From assembly GCA_910583965.1 (NCBI GenBank), contig CAJUAE010000009.1:911-64910 (forward strand): a DNA stretch of 64,000 nt, read 5' to 3'. Below are positions 53,773 to 63,134 of this stretch, piece by piece. This DNA comes from an uncultured Lachnospiraceae bacterium (GTDB lineage: Bacteria > Bacillota > Clostridia > Lachnospirales > Lachnospiraceae). The notes below the pieces were generated by a model. It was not told the origin of the DNA. It did not search any database and worked only from the letters and a program-made list of their open reading frames with translations. Position 1 is the first letter of the stretch. The number at the start of each line of letters is the position of its first letter. Both the position numbers and the translations under genes were made by a program.

Positions 53773-54789
53773 GTGACTGAAAAAGAAAAATTAAAAAAAG
53801 TTGGGGATATTTTACTTAATAATGCCATGTATATTATTATAGCGGTGGCAGTCGTGTACATAGCAATTATGCGCCCTACTTTCATAAAGCTTCCCTCAAT
53901 TGTGAACATATTGTCCCTGACAGCAGCGAAACTACCCATTGCATTGGGGATTGGAGGCTGTATTGTACTGACTGGAACTGATATTTCCGCAGGTCGTGTT
54001 GTCGGTTTGACAGCATGTATCTCTGCATCTCTGTTGACAACTGTATTTAAAATATTTCCAGGTATGACAAGCGCAGCGCCATTGCCGCTTGTGCTTCTGC
54101 TAGTCATTGGCGTAGGCGCTCTTGTAGGCTTTGTAAACGGCTTTAGCGTGGCGAAATTTAAGTTGCATCCATTTATTGTAACACTTTCTACTCAGCTGAT
54201 TGTGTACGGTATCATTTTAATGTACTTGATGCGAGGTGTCAATAATGGTCAGACCTTGAGCGGATTGGCTGATAATTATCGTTCATTTATCACGGGTACT
54301 CTGTTTAGTATTGGTGGTGTGGCAGTTCCTAAATATGTGCTTTATTCTATAATTTTGACAATTATTATGTGGATTATCTGGAACAAAACAACTTTTGGGA
54401 AAAATATGTTTGCGGTTGGCTCGAATGAGGAGGCAGCAAACGTGTCCGGCGTCAATGTAGTGCGCACAATTATTATGGTATTTATGCTCGCAGGAATGAT
54501 GTATGGTATCACTGGATTTTTGGATGGTGCGCGTATCGCTTCTGCAAATGCAAATACAGGTTTGAACTATGAGTGTGATGCAATTGCAGCGTGCGTAATC
54601 GGTGGTGTTTCTTTTGTCGGTGGTATTGGACGCATTAGTGGTATTGTGGTGGGCGTGTTGCTTTTGCAGATTATCTTTACAGGATTGACTTTCCTTGCGG
54701 TAGATGCTAATATGCTCTATATTATCAAAGGTTTGATTATCTTGATCGCATGTGCAATTGACATGCGCAAGTATCTGGTGCGCAAATAA
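53773..54789 (+). CDS. sugar ABC transporter permease (MglC/RbsC-like, BPD_transp_2)
   Basis: ~10 TM helices. GTG 53773 lies 8 nt after GGAGG. Confidence 0.88.
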   Translation: MTEKEKLKKVGDILLNNAMYIIIAVAVVYIAIMRPTFIKLPSIVNILSLTAAKLPIALGIGGCIVLTGTDISAGRVVGLTACISASLLTTVFKIFPGMTSAAPLPLVLLLVIGVGALVGFVNGFSVAKFKLHPFIVTLSTQLIVYGIILMYLMRGVNNGQTLSGLADNYRSFITGTLFSIGGVAVPKYVLYSIILTIIMWIIWNKTTFGKNMFAVGSNEEAANVSGVNVVRTIIMVFMLAGMMYGITGFLDGARIASANANTGLNYECDAIAACVIGGVSFVGGIGRISGIVVGVLLLQIIFTGLTFLAVDANMLYIIKGLIILIACAIDMRKYLVRK

Positions 54790-54792
54790 GCT

Positions 54793-55176
54793 ATGGCAGG
54801 ACAGAACAAACAAAACTTGGAACAAAATAATTCCGCTCCACAGCGTCAACTGCGAGGATTGTATTCTAAGGTCAATATTTCAGTTAAGTCACTGAATATT
54901 ATTATTATTGTATTGGCTGTGGCGCTTGTGGTTTGTATGGCAATCGGTGTATCTAACGCAGGATTTACGGTTCAATTTGATTCTCTAGGTGGAACGACAG
55001 TGGAAAGTCAGAAACATATGTACGGAGAATTGATTATGGCACCTGTTCCGCCCACGCGAGAAGGTTATTTATTTGATGGCTGGTATTTGGACCAGAGTAC
55101 AACGAGACCTTGGAACTTAGAGAATGATGTTGTTACAGAATCTATGACATTATATGCAGGATGGCGGTTGCAATAA
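54793..55176 (+). CDS. single-pass membrane protein with one Listeria-Bacteroides (InlB B-repeat/Flg_new) repeat
   Basis: TM (IIIIVLAVALVVCMAIG) followed by FTVQFDSLGGTTVESQ...REGYLFDGWYLDQSTTRPWNLENDVVTESMTLYAGW. It starts 4 nt after the permease stop. Confidence 0.75.
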   Translation: MAGQNKQNLEQNNSAPQRQLRGLYSKVNISVKSLNIIIIVLAVALVVCMAIGVSNAGFTVQFDSLGGTTVESQKHMYGELIMAPVPPTREGYLFDGWYLDQSTTRPWNLENDVVTESMTLYAGWRLQ

Positions 55177-55225
55177 AAGAAACAGTGATTAACAATACGA
55201 AACCATATATTTGGAGTGCGAATAA

Positions 55226-55271
55226 AAGACTATGAGATCTGCAATGGGAATCATAGTCTTTTTCTTTTTTA
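55226..55271 (+). terminator. intrinsic terminator
   Basis: AAGACTATGA-loop-TCATAGTCTT followed by TTTCTTTTTT. Confidence 0.75.
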
Positions 55272-55277
55272 TGCACA

Positions 55278-55366
55278 GACCCATGCAGAGGAAATAAGCC
55301 ACTAAAGCGGCGCACGAGTCGTGCGGCGAGTAGGAAGAAGATAAACCTTCCCTGCTCGATTGCACA
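55278..55366 (+). mobile_element. two-hairpin miniature insertion, copy A3
   Basis: TGCACA at 55272-55277 and 55361-55366. Same order of segments as A1 and A2, with point differences that weaken the stems. Confidence 0.7.
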
Positions 55367-55735
55367 AGAGCACCCAAATGAAATTTGTCAGCAGAAGCTG
55401 ATGGGTGTCCGGCGCGTGAGTAGGGAAAAGAAGTCTTATTTGGTGTGCATCAATTGTAACAAAATCGTTACTTTTCACACCCGCGTCATGCACTTGCTGT
55501 ATGGTGTCGGATCCAGCGCCAAAATGCTTGTTTTTAGGCATTGTGTGTGCATCCATTGTTGCAATTCATACCGAATGTTCGTAAATCGGTGCAAAATCTG
55601 ACGTTGGTGTGAATTGTAACACAAAATCAGTTCCACAATTAATGTTACTAAGAAGCATTATTGAAAAATTACAGTTTATAGTTTATAGTAAAAGCGAGTA
55701 GATAGTTCCGAATTGTATAGAGACGAGGATAAACA

Positions 55736-57235
55736 ATGGCAACAGAAAAAATAAAATATCCCCTAAAAAACAAATTAATTGTTTTAGTGCTAGTTGCAAT
55801 GGTACCAATTCTTTATGTGACAATTTACTTGATCTTAGCATTGGTAAATTATAGCCGCGCTTATGACCAGATAGTAAACAGTATGTTGCTTGCCAATGAT
55901 TACAATATTAATTTTAAGGAAGAAATGGATGAAAGTCTTTATAAATTAGTGGTTAGTAGTATTACTTTTGACACAATTGAGGAGGATGGGACGTTAAAGA
56001 ATCCTTATAAATTAATTAATGAGTTGCGTACAGAGAGTAATAATCTGCTGACAATGACAAGTGATAAAGAGAGCCGTGTCTGGTTGCAAAGCCTCTTGCG
56101 CAATGTCGATACATTGAAAGATCGCGTCGATGATATCAAGGCAAATCAGCAGGCAGAAGGGCAATATGAAAAAAATATTGATATGTTGTACAATGATATT
56201 TATATTCTAACGGAGCTTATACAGGACGACATTCAGTATTATATTTATTATCAGACGAAAAGTATAGAACAGTTAAAAATTCAATTAAATCAAGAAGTAC
56301 AACATGTGATTCTTATTAGCATTTTGCTGGGAGGCTGTATTGTAATTGTGGTTATTTTAATTACCAGTGCTATATTGAACAGTATCACCAAGCCAATACA
56401 AGAGCTGTGTGGAATTACCAGCAGAATCGCGGAGGGAAATTTTTCTGACCGCGCAAATGTGCAGACGGAGGATGAACTAGAAGTGCTTTCTGATAGTGTG
56501 AATGACATGTCAGAAAATCTGGAAGTTTTAGTCAATCAGATTAAGGAGGATGAGCGTAAGATGCGCCATGCAGAGTTGCGGCTTTTGCAAGAGCAGATTA
56601 ACCCGCATTTTCTGTACAATACGCTTGATACCATTGTATGGTTGATTGAGGGAGATGACCCCGATAAGGCAGTGGATGTTGTTGTGGCACTCTCAGAATT
56701 TTTTCGATTGGTGTTGAGTAAAGGGAAAGAATACATCTCGATTTTAGAGGAAAAAGAGCATATTCGTGGTTATCTTGAAATTCAGCAAGTGCGCTATCAA
56801 GATATTTTGGACTATGAAATTGCGATTGCACCAGAACTGTATTCTTATAAAATTCTAAAATTGACATTGCAGCCACTTGTTGAAAATTCTCTATATCATG
56901 GAATTAAGTGTAAGCGACAAAAAGGGAAAATTTGTGTGACAGGGAAGTTACAACAAAGTGATTCTCCACAGAAAGATACGATTTTGTTGTGTGTGGAGGA
57001 CAGCGGAATTGGAATGGAAATTGATGATGTAAACCGATTGCGTACAGAGATTGAAAAGCCTTGTAAAGAGACGGAAAAAGGATTTGGACTTGCCAATGTA
57101 AACGAGCGAATTCGCATGAATTTTGGGGCCGAGTATGGTATGACTATCGAATCAGAAAAAGGGGTGGGCACAAAAGTTAGTATTATTATACCAGCGGTAA
57201 AACTTGATGAAACATTGGCAGGCGAATTTTCGTAA
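55736..57235 (+). CDS. YesM/LytS-type sensor histidine kinase (HAMP + His_kinase + HATPase_c)
   Basis: Two TM helices flanking a ~170-aa extracytoplasmic region, HAMP, LLQEQINPHFLYNTL and GFGLANV. Confidence 0.9.
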   Translation: MATEKIKYPLKNKLIVLVLVAMVPILYVTIYLILALVNYSRAYDQIVNSMLLANDYNINFKEEMDESLYKLVVSSITFDTIEEDGTLKNPYKLINELRTESNNLLTMTSDKESRVWLQSLLRNVDTLKDRVDDIKANQQAEGQYEKNIDMLYNDIYILTELIQDDIQYYIYYQTKSIEQLKIQLNQEVQHVILISILLGGCIVIVVILITSAILNSITKPIQELCGITSRIAEGNFSDRANVQTEDELEVLSDSVNDMSENLEVLVNQIKEDERKMRHAELRLLQEQINPHFLYNTLDTIVWLIEGDDPDKAVDVVVALSEFFRLVLSKGKEYISILEEKEHIRGYLEIQQVRYQDILDYEIAIAPELYSYKILKLTLQPLVENSLYHGIKCKRQKGKICVTGKLQQSDSPQKDTILLCVEDSGIGMEIDDVNRLRTEIEKPCKETEKGFGLANVNERIRMNFGAEYGMTIESEKGVGTKVSIIIPAVKLDETLAGEFS

Positions 57236-57277
57236 AAAGGCATAACTGGACGATATCATAAATAAGGGAGGGGGCAA

Positions 57278-58333
57278 ATGAAAACAACATCTAAAATAAT
57301 AAAAGAAATTATCTTTGGTCATGTGGGTGCTTGCATTGTATTACTGTGTATTGTTCCCGTCTTTTTTACTGCGTATGGGCTTTATCGAGGATTTGAAATA
57401 AAAGTAGAGCAGATTTCTGACCCATCTGATGAGGAAGATTTAATTGTGGTTGGTTTCTCTCAACTTGGCAGTGAATCTGGCTGGAGGTCGGCGCATACAG
57501 CATCAATACAACAAGCATTGACAAAGGATGCAGGTTACTTTTTGATTTTTAACAATGCTCGGCAGATGCAAGACAATCAAATTAAGGCAATTCGCAGTTT
57601 TATTTCCCAGCGCGTGGACTATATTGTGTTTGCGCCTGTGATTGAAGATGGATGGGATACTGTACTTTTGGAGGCAAAGAATGCAAAAATACCTGTAATT
57701 GTTACAGACCGAAAGGTCAATGTGCAAGATGATTCGCTCTACACTGCATGGATTGGAATGGATGCGAAAGAAGAGGGAAAAAAAGCAGGTAAGTGGCTGG
57801 AATCCTATCTGGAACAGGAACAAAGACAAACAGAAGAAATCAATATTGTGGTTCTAAAAGGAACAGTGGGTTCCACAGCAGAAATTGGTAGAACAAAAGG
57901 ATTTGCTGAGATTGCTGCGCGACATCGAAACTGGAATATACTGGAATCTGTTACAGCAGAATTTACGGCGAACAAGGCTAAGGAAGTGATGCGCGATATG
58001 TTGCGGCGTTATCCAGAGATGGATGTGCTTATCTCGCAAAATGATGATATGACCATAGGCGCTATTGACGCAATGCAGGAAGCTGGCATAAGCTTTGGCG
58101 AAGAAGGCGATATAACAATTATCTCGTTTGATGCAACGCGCGATGCGTTAGAACTGGTGAAAGAAGGGCGTATTAATGTTGATGTGGAATGCAATCCAGT
58201 ACAGGGTACTTATGTCAATGAAATTATACAAAAACTTGAAAATGGGGAGTCAGTGCAGAAGTATTATGTGGTGGAGGAAAAGGTATTTACGAAGGAAAAT
58301 GTCGCAGAGTTTCTAAAGGACAGAAAATATTAA
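57278..58333 (+). CDS. membrane-anchored periplasmic-binding-protein-like sugar sensor (Peripla_BP_4)
   Basis: N-terminal TM plus a RbsB/ChvE-like body. It is encoded between the kinase and regulator genes. Confidence 0.85.
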   Translation: MKTTSKIIKEIIFGHVGACIVLLCIVPVFFTAYGLYRGFEIKVEQISDPSDEEDLIVVGFSQLGSESGWRSAHTASIQQALTKDAGYFLIFNNARQMQDNQIKAIRSFISQRVDYIVFAPVIEDGWDTVLLEAKNAKIPVIVTDRKVNVQDDSLYTAWIGMDAKEEGKKAGKWLESYLEQEQRQTEEINIVVLKGTVGSTAEIGRTKGFAEIAARHRNWNILESVTAEFTANKAKEVMRDMLRRYPEMDVLISQNDDMTIGAIDAMQEAGISFGEEGDITIISFDATRDALELVKEGRINVDVECNPVQGTYVNEIIQKLENGESVQKYYVVEEKVFTKENVAEFLKDRKY

Positions 58334-58366
58334 TCGGATAAATGATATCAAAAGAGGGAAAAATAA

Positions 58367-59986
58367 ATGTTAAAAGTATTTTTGGTGGAGGATGAAAGCA
58401 TTGTCAGAGAAGGACTGAAAAAAAATATTCCGTGGCAGGAATATGGATATCAATTTACGGGGGAGGCGAGCGACGGTGAGATGGCGCTGCCAATGATTCG
58501 AAAAATTCGACCAGATGTTCTTATCACGGATATTAAGATGCCATTTATGGATGGGCTTGCACTCAGCCAGATTGTAACACAAGAAATTCCTGAGATTAAA
58601 ATTGTTATTATCAGCGGATATGATGAGTTTGAGTACGCGCAGCAGGCGATTCGTGTCGGCGTGGAACAATATCTTCTAAAACCGATTACAAAAGGTACTC
58701 TGCGCAAGGTGCTTCTTGAAATAAGAGAAAAGATTGAGAGTGAACAGGAACAGAAGAATTATCTGGAAACTTTTCAGAACGAGATGAAAGAGTATGAAAA
58801 TTATGCCCGCAGAAGCTTTCTGGAAAAAGTGTTTAGTGGTGTATTTTCTGTTCAGCAGATTTATGAGGAAGCAGCAAAAATTTCTCTGAACTTAGATGGA
58901 CCGTGCTATAATCTTATACTGTTGAATTTACAGGTAAAACGTCAAAATCCAGAATATATAATGCAGGAACCAGAAGGCATGAGTGAAGTGCGAGAGGCAC
59001 TGTTTCGCTTTTTTTTACGTTTTCCCCAATATCTTATTTTTCAATGGAATGTCAGTTTGTATGGCGTGTTAATCAAAGGGGAAACGGAGCAGATGGAAGC
59101 GTTAAAAGAACAATGCATTCATAACATTGAAAAAATCTGCTCGCAACAGGAAATTTCATTGGAGTGGTGTGTGGCAGTAGGGAACCCAGTGGAACGGCTT
59201 TCTTTGTTGCCAGAGTGTTACGCAAAGGTCAATCATATTCTTGCACATCGCTTTTTTAATTCACAACGTCATATTTTGACAGAAAAAGATGTGGAGGAGC
59301 TTCTTCCGGGAAAGGATTTAAAGAGTTTTGCATCAGTGGACAGTGCAAAAGTTAATCCAGATATTATTCAGGGGTTTTTGCGGGAGGGAAAACAGGCAGA
59401 AATCAAAGACTTTGTGGATGGTTATCTGGCAGGGGTAAAGGAGGCATTAGAATCGCGTTTATTTCGTGATTATCTGCTTTTAAATATTCGGTTTACAACA
59501 ATTAATTATATGCAAATATTTGGCGTGTGTCAGCAGGACTTTTTGCCGGAGGATGATGACCGTAAAGTGCACGACGCTTCTGCTAGTGGGGGTAATATTG
59601 ATGTTTATATGCTTGAGTTATTGGAGCGCGCCCTAACACTGCGCGACAGAGAAAGTGAAAATCAAGGCAAGCGCGCCCTCAAAAAAGGTTTAAAATATAT
59701 CGAGGAAAATTTCAGTGATGAGTCACTTTCTCTAAATAGTGTTGCGGGTGCTATCGGTGTCAGTGGCAATTATTTTAGCAGTATATTCAGTCAAGAAATG
59801 CAGATGACCTTTATTGAATTTGTCACCAAAAAACGCATGGAAAAAGCAAAGAAACTTCTGATTCAGACACAGCTGCATTCCAATGAAATCGCGGGGAAAG
59901 TAGGGTATAAAGACCCACATTATTTCAGTTTTGTCTTTAAAAAGACAGTGGGTTGTACACCAAGAGAATATCGGAATGGAAAGTAA
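58367..59986 (+). CDS. YesN-type response regulator (receiver + AraC HTH)
   Basis: VFLVEDE...LITDIKMPFMDG receiver domain, and C-terminal AraC HTH (IAGKVGYKDPHYFSFVFKKTVGCTPREYR). Confidence 0.92.
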   Translation: MLKVFLVEDESIVREGLKKNIPWQEYGYQFTGEASDGEMALPMIRKIRPDVLITDIKMPFMDGLALSQIVTQEIPEIKIVIISGYDEFEYAQQAIRVGVEQYLLKPITKGTLRKVLLEIREKIESEQEQKNYLETFQNEMKEYENYARRSFLEKVFSGVFSVQQIYEEAAKISLNLDGPCYNLILLNLQVKRQNPEYIMQEPEGMSEVREALFRFFLRFPQYLIFQWNVSLYGVLIKGETEQMEALKEQCIHNIEKICSQQEISLEWCVAVGNPVERLSLLPECYAKVNHILAHRFFNSQRHILTEKDVEELLPGKDLKSFASVDSAKVNPDIIQGFLREGKQAEIKDFVDGYLAGVKEALESRLFRDYLLLNIRFTTINYMQIFGVCQQDFLPEDDDRKVHDASASGGNIDVYMLELLERALTLRDRESENQGKRALKKGLKYIEENFSDESLSLNSVAGAIGVSGNYFSSIFSQEMQMTFIEFVTKKRMEKAKKLLIQTQLHSNEIAGKVGYKDPHYFSFVFKKTVGCTPREYRNGK

Positions 59987-59994
59987 AAGGAACG

Positions 59995-61101
59995 TTAAGC
60001 AATCGGTGGCATAGTGCTGCGTTTTATCGCAAGTTGCCAAGGGAATTTTTGTGAAGAAACTGATGTTCCTTGAATTAAATGAATAATAGATTCAGCAGCA
60101 ATGATTCCCATATCTTGTTTTTCTTGAGAATAGTGTGTGATTTGCACAGCGCTTAAGTCGCTAAGGTAAGAGCAGTCAAAACAGACCACGCTCATATCTT
60201 CAGGAACACGCAGATTACGATGAGTTAGCTCTTTAATCAGCCAGTAGGCAATCTCATCATTGCAACAGACAATAGCTGTGACCGTCTTTAGCTGTCTTGC
60301 AATAAAATCAGACAAAAATTTTGTATCTTGCTGTCGCTGCAATGCAACAAGCTGGTGGGTGTCAAAACTGCAGAGATTGTCTTCACAGGACAAAAGTTGT
60401 GCATCTCGCAGGGCAGACAAAAGTCCAAAACGCTGTTCGGTGCTCTGCACATCATCAGCATTGAAGATGCCGCCTATTTTTTGATGTTCCAGTGAGATAA
60501 GATACTTTCCTAGAGCGTACCCGCCATTATAATTGTCGTCCTTAATAGATGGAATATTAGGCAAGTTGCTGTAACTTCCACGAAAAAACAAAATAGCAAT
60601 ATTTTGCTGGGCCAGACGTTGATACAGGTCATAATTCGGTGTTGGAAAGTTAGTCTTACAGCCTTCACTCAAAATTCCGCGCACAGGAGTCTTGTCATTT
60701 TCTAGTAAAAACTCTAATATTTCTCGTTCTTTGGAAATTTGATTTTCTGTAACATAGACCGTCCACGAAAATCCATGTTTTTGTAGTGTTGCGCACAAAT
60801 CCGCAAGGAGTCGCGGATAAATGTATTCGGTATTGGAGTGAACTAGAATCGCAATTTGGTTTGCTCCTTTTGGGTTTAGATTTGCGACAGCATAGGATCC
60901 ACTTCCTTGACGCTTTTGTATTAAATGCTCCTCCTCTAAGATAGAGAGCGCTTTTCTAACTGTTTGACGGCTGACATGGTAAATTTGGCAAAGTACGGCT
61001 TCTGTTGGAAGCTGGTAGACAGTGTTAGAATTATTTTCATATAGATTTTTTTGAATTAAGCTTTTGAGTTGACTGGCAAGTTGAATATATTTTGCGGACA
61101 T
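59995..61101 (-). CDS. AraR-like regulator (GntR wHTH + LacI/PBP-type sugar-binding domain)
   Basis: LPTEAVLCQIYHVSRQTVRKALSILEEEHLIQKRQGSGSYV plus a Peripla_BP_3-like C-terminus. ATG 61101 behind GAGGAG. Confidence 0.85.
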   Translation of the reverse strand: MSAKYIQLASQLKSLIQKNLYENNSNTVYQLPTEAVLCQIYHVSRQTVRKALSILEEEHLIQKRQGSGSYAVANLNPKGANQIAILVHSNTEYIYPRLLADLCATLQKHGFSWTVYVTENQISKEREILEFLLENDKTPVRGILSEGCKTNFPTPNYDLYQRLAQQNIAILFFRGSYSNLPNIPSIKDDNYNGGYALGKYLISLEHQKIGGIFNADDVQSTEQRFGLLSALRDAQLLSCEDNLCSFDTHQLVALQRQQDTKFLSDFIARQLKTVTAIVCCNDEIAYWLIKELTHRNLRVPEDMSVVCFDCSYLSDLSAVQITHYSQEKQDMGIIAAESIIHLIQGTSVSSQKFPWQLAIKRSTMPPIA

Positions 61102-61218
61102 GGAAAGGACTCCTCTCGCACTTCTTTGTTGTCTATTATATAATGTGCTCATAAAAAACACAAGATTTCACTAAGGAAAAGAGAAATTACATAATATAGA
61201 AAACTAACCAGAAAGGAA

Positions 61219-61839
61219 TTAAAGTTTTTTTTCTATTGTTTTTATAATAAGTGCGCAACAAATAAGCAATCCTCCTGTTATTCCCAGCCACAGTTTCGGT
61301 GTAAAATTAGGAATTTGCATTGAAAATAAAAAGTAATTTCCCAATTTTTTTCCAGCGCCATAATTCAATCCATAATAGACAAGTGGTATCATATATGCAA
61401 TGATGGTGTTGTTCGTCAGCGCGGCGGTTATTATGCCAAGCGCGCCAAGAAACAAGGCATTTGCTATTGTTCCAAGAAACAGCCAGGCGGTCACATTACA
61501 TTGTCGCAGACATAGATAGCCAGCAAACAAGCCAATAAAGATAATGATTAAAATAGTCGCATAGACAGTCCTAATGCAATAGACCCAATTTGTGCTGATA
61601 TACTTGGAAGATACTAAATCTCGGATTGTATCGTCTTGCTCCGGCTGAAAAACAGGAGGGAGCAAGACAATGCCAATCAAGGAGACAAACATCTCAAGAG
61701 GGACTGCTGTCTCGATTGAATTCAAATAGGCAGTTCCAAAAAGAATTGGTGTAATTACAAGGATAACGGCAGCTACAAGAATAGACAAAGCAGACTGATG
61801 TTTTATATTGATTACTGCAATTGAAATTATTTTTTCCAT
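61219..61839 (-). CDS. multi-pass membrane protein (ABC-2-associated)
   Basis: ~6 TM helices. The start overlaps the upstream gene's end. Confidence 0.65.
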   Translation of the reverse strand: MEKIISIAVINIKHQSALSILVAAVILVITPILFGTAYLNSIETAVPLEMFVSLIGIVLLPPVFQPEQDDTIRDLVSSKYISTNWVYCIRTVYATILIIIFIGLFAGYLCLRQCNVTAWLFLGTIANALFLGALGIITAALTNNTIIAYMIPLVYYGLNYGAGKKLGNYFLFSMQIPNFTPKLWLGITGGLLICCALIIKTIEKKL

Positions 61840-63134
61840 GTGAACTTTCCTTTTCGTTTTGCTTCATAGATAATAATCGTTACAAGGACAAGTGTAATCG
61901 ACAAGCCTACAAAAAGCAGGCGATTTGCGATTAGGCGTGGGAAATTATCCAAAAAGTCTTGTGTTCTAAAATAAGACTTTGTTCCAGCGTTGTGTCTTGG
62001 GGCCAGACGCAATAAAGAATAGGATGCAAAGACAGATTTTATGCCTAAGTTCACATCGATAAACCACCAGAGACCACATACCGCAACCGCGATAGGCGTA
62101 TTGGTCAGTTCAGTAAGGAACATACCAATTGCGATTACCATCATTGCAGAAGGCATAAGCCAAATCAAATCATATTTTAGCGGTGCAAGATAGTCTAATT
62201 TCATTCCCGAATACAGATGCCACATGCTACTGTTGGAAAGGTAGGATAAAAGGATAACAGGCAGCATAACCGCAGCGATAACTGCAAGGAAACGCACAAA
62301 AATAATTTTGGTACTCGACGTCTTTCGGATATAGATTAGTTCGGATATTTTTGCTCGCCGGTCCTTCATACTCATAATTACTGCCAGAAAAACTGGAAGG
62401 ATAGAAAGTGCCATTACACCAGCATAATCGCTAAAAAGTCGCGCATATCCGCCCGTGAATTGGTCATAAGTTTTCACAAGTTCATACTGCTTTACGGCCT
62501 CCTCATACGTGATTGGTACATGCCCATAACCAATTAAGGATTGGGGTGCATAGTTTGAGCCACCGCCCAAAATGTTATCGACAGTCTGCATTAAGTCTTT
62601 AAACGCTGTGTACGAAATATCTTCCCTAACCGTAAGTTGCAATTCGTTTGCAATACTATTTTCTTTGGTATTGTTGTCAATTGAGATTGTAAAGTTACCG
62701 TTATTGTTTGGCTGAGTTGTTGTGTTTTCATCAAGAACGAAAGTGTTTTCATCACTGTTGTTCGAGGAATCTTGCGCAGCGTATATTTCGTCTGCGCGCA
62801 CTCCAGTAATTTTAGAGAGAATGTCCGCAATTTTTTGCTGTTTGTCATAATCTAACTTTACATATTTTATAAATCCAATTGGATAGGTCCGATACTGATT
62901 TTCACAGAATTCTGTATAGAGTGACGTAAGTGCAGCAGGCATAATCAGCTCTGGTATTTCTTCGTTTTTGATTCCATAATTTTGCGTGACAGATTGATTG
63001 GGTACAATTACAGAATCGTTGCTAAAGTTTAATGCATCTTGAGAATTTAGGTCTATAACCATCACAGCGATAAAGAGTAGATAGGGAATACCGACAACAA
63101 TTTTCTTAAATTCACTCCAAAACAGCATTGCCAT
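61827..63134 (-). CDS. ABC-2-type transporter permease with large extracytoplasmic loop
   Basis: N-terminal TM, a ~200-aa loop, then 5 TM helices. Translationally coupled to the ATPase gene. Confidence 0.7.
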   Translation of the reverse strand: MAMLFWSEFKKIVVGIPYLLFIAVMVIDLNSQDALNFSNDSVIVPNQSVTQNYGIKNEEIPELIMPAALTSLYTEFCENQYRTYPIGFIKYVKLDYDKQQKIADILSKITGVRADEIYAAQDSSNNSDENTFVLDENTTTQPNNNGNFTISIDNNTKENSIANELQLTVREDISYTAFKDLMQTVDNILGGGSNYAPQSLIGYGHVPITYEEAVKQYELVKTYDQFTGGYARLFSDYAGVMALSILPVFLAVIMSMKDRRAKISELIYIRKTSSTKIIFVRFLAVIAAVMLPVILLSYLSNSSMWHLYSGMKLDYLAPLKYDLIWLMPSAMMVIAIGMFLTELTNTPIAVAVCGLWWFIDVNLGIKSVFASYSLLRLAPRHNAGTKSYFRTQDFLDNFPRLIANRLLFVGLSITLVLVTIIIYEAKRKGKFTWKK

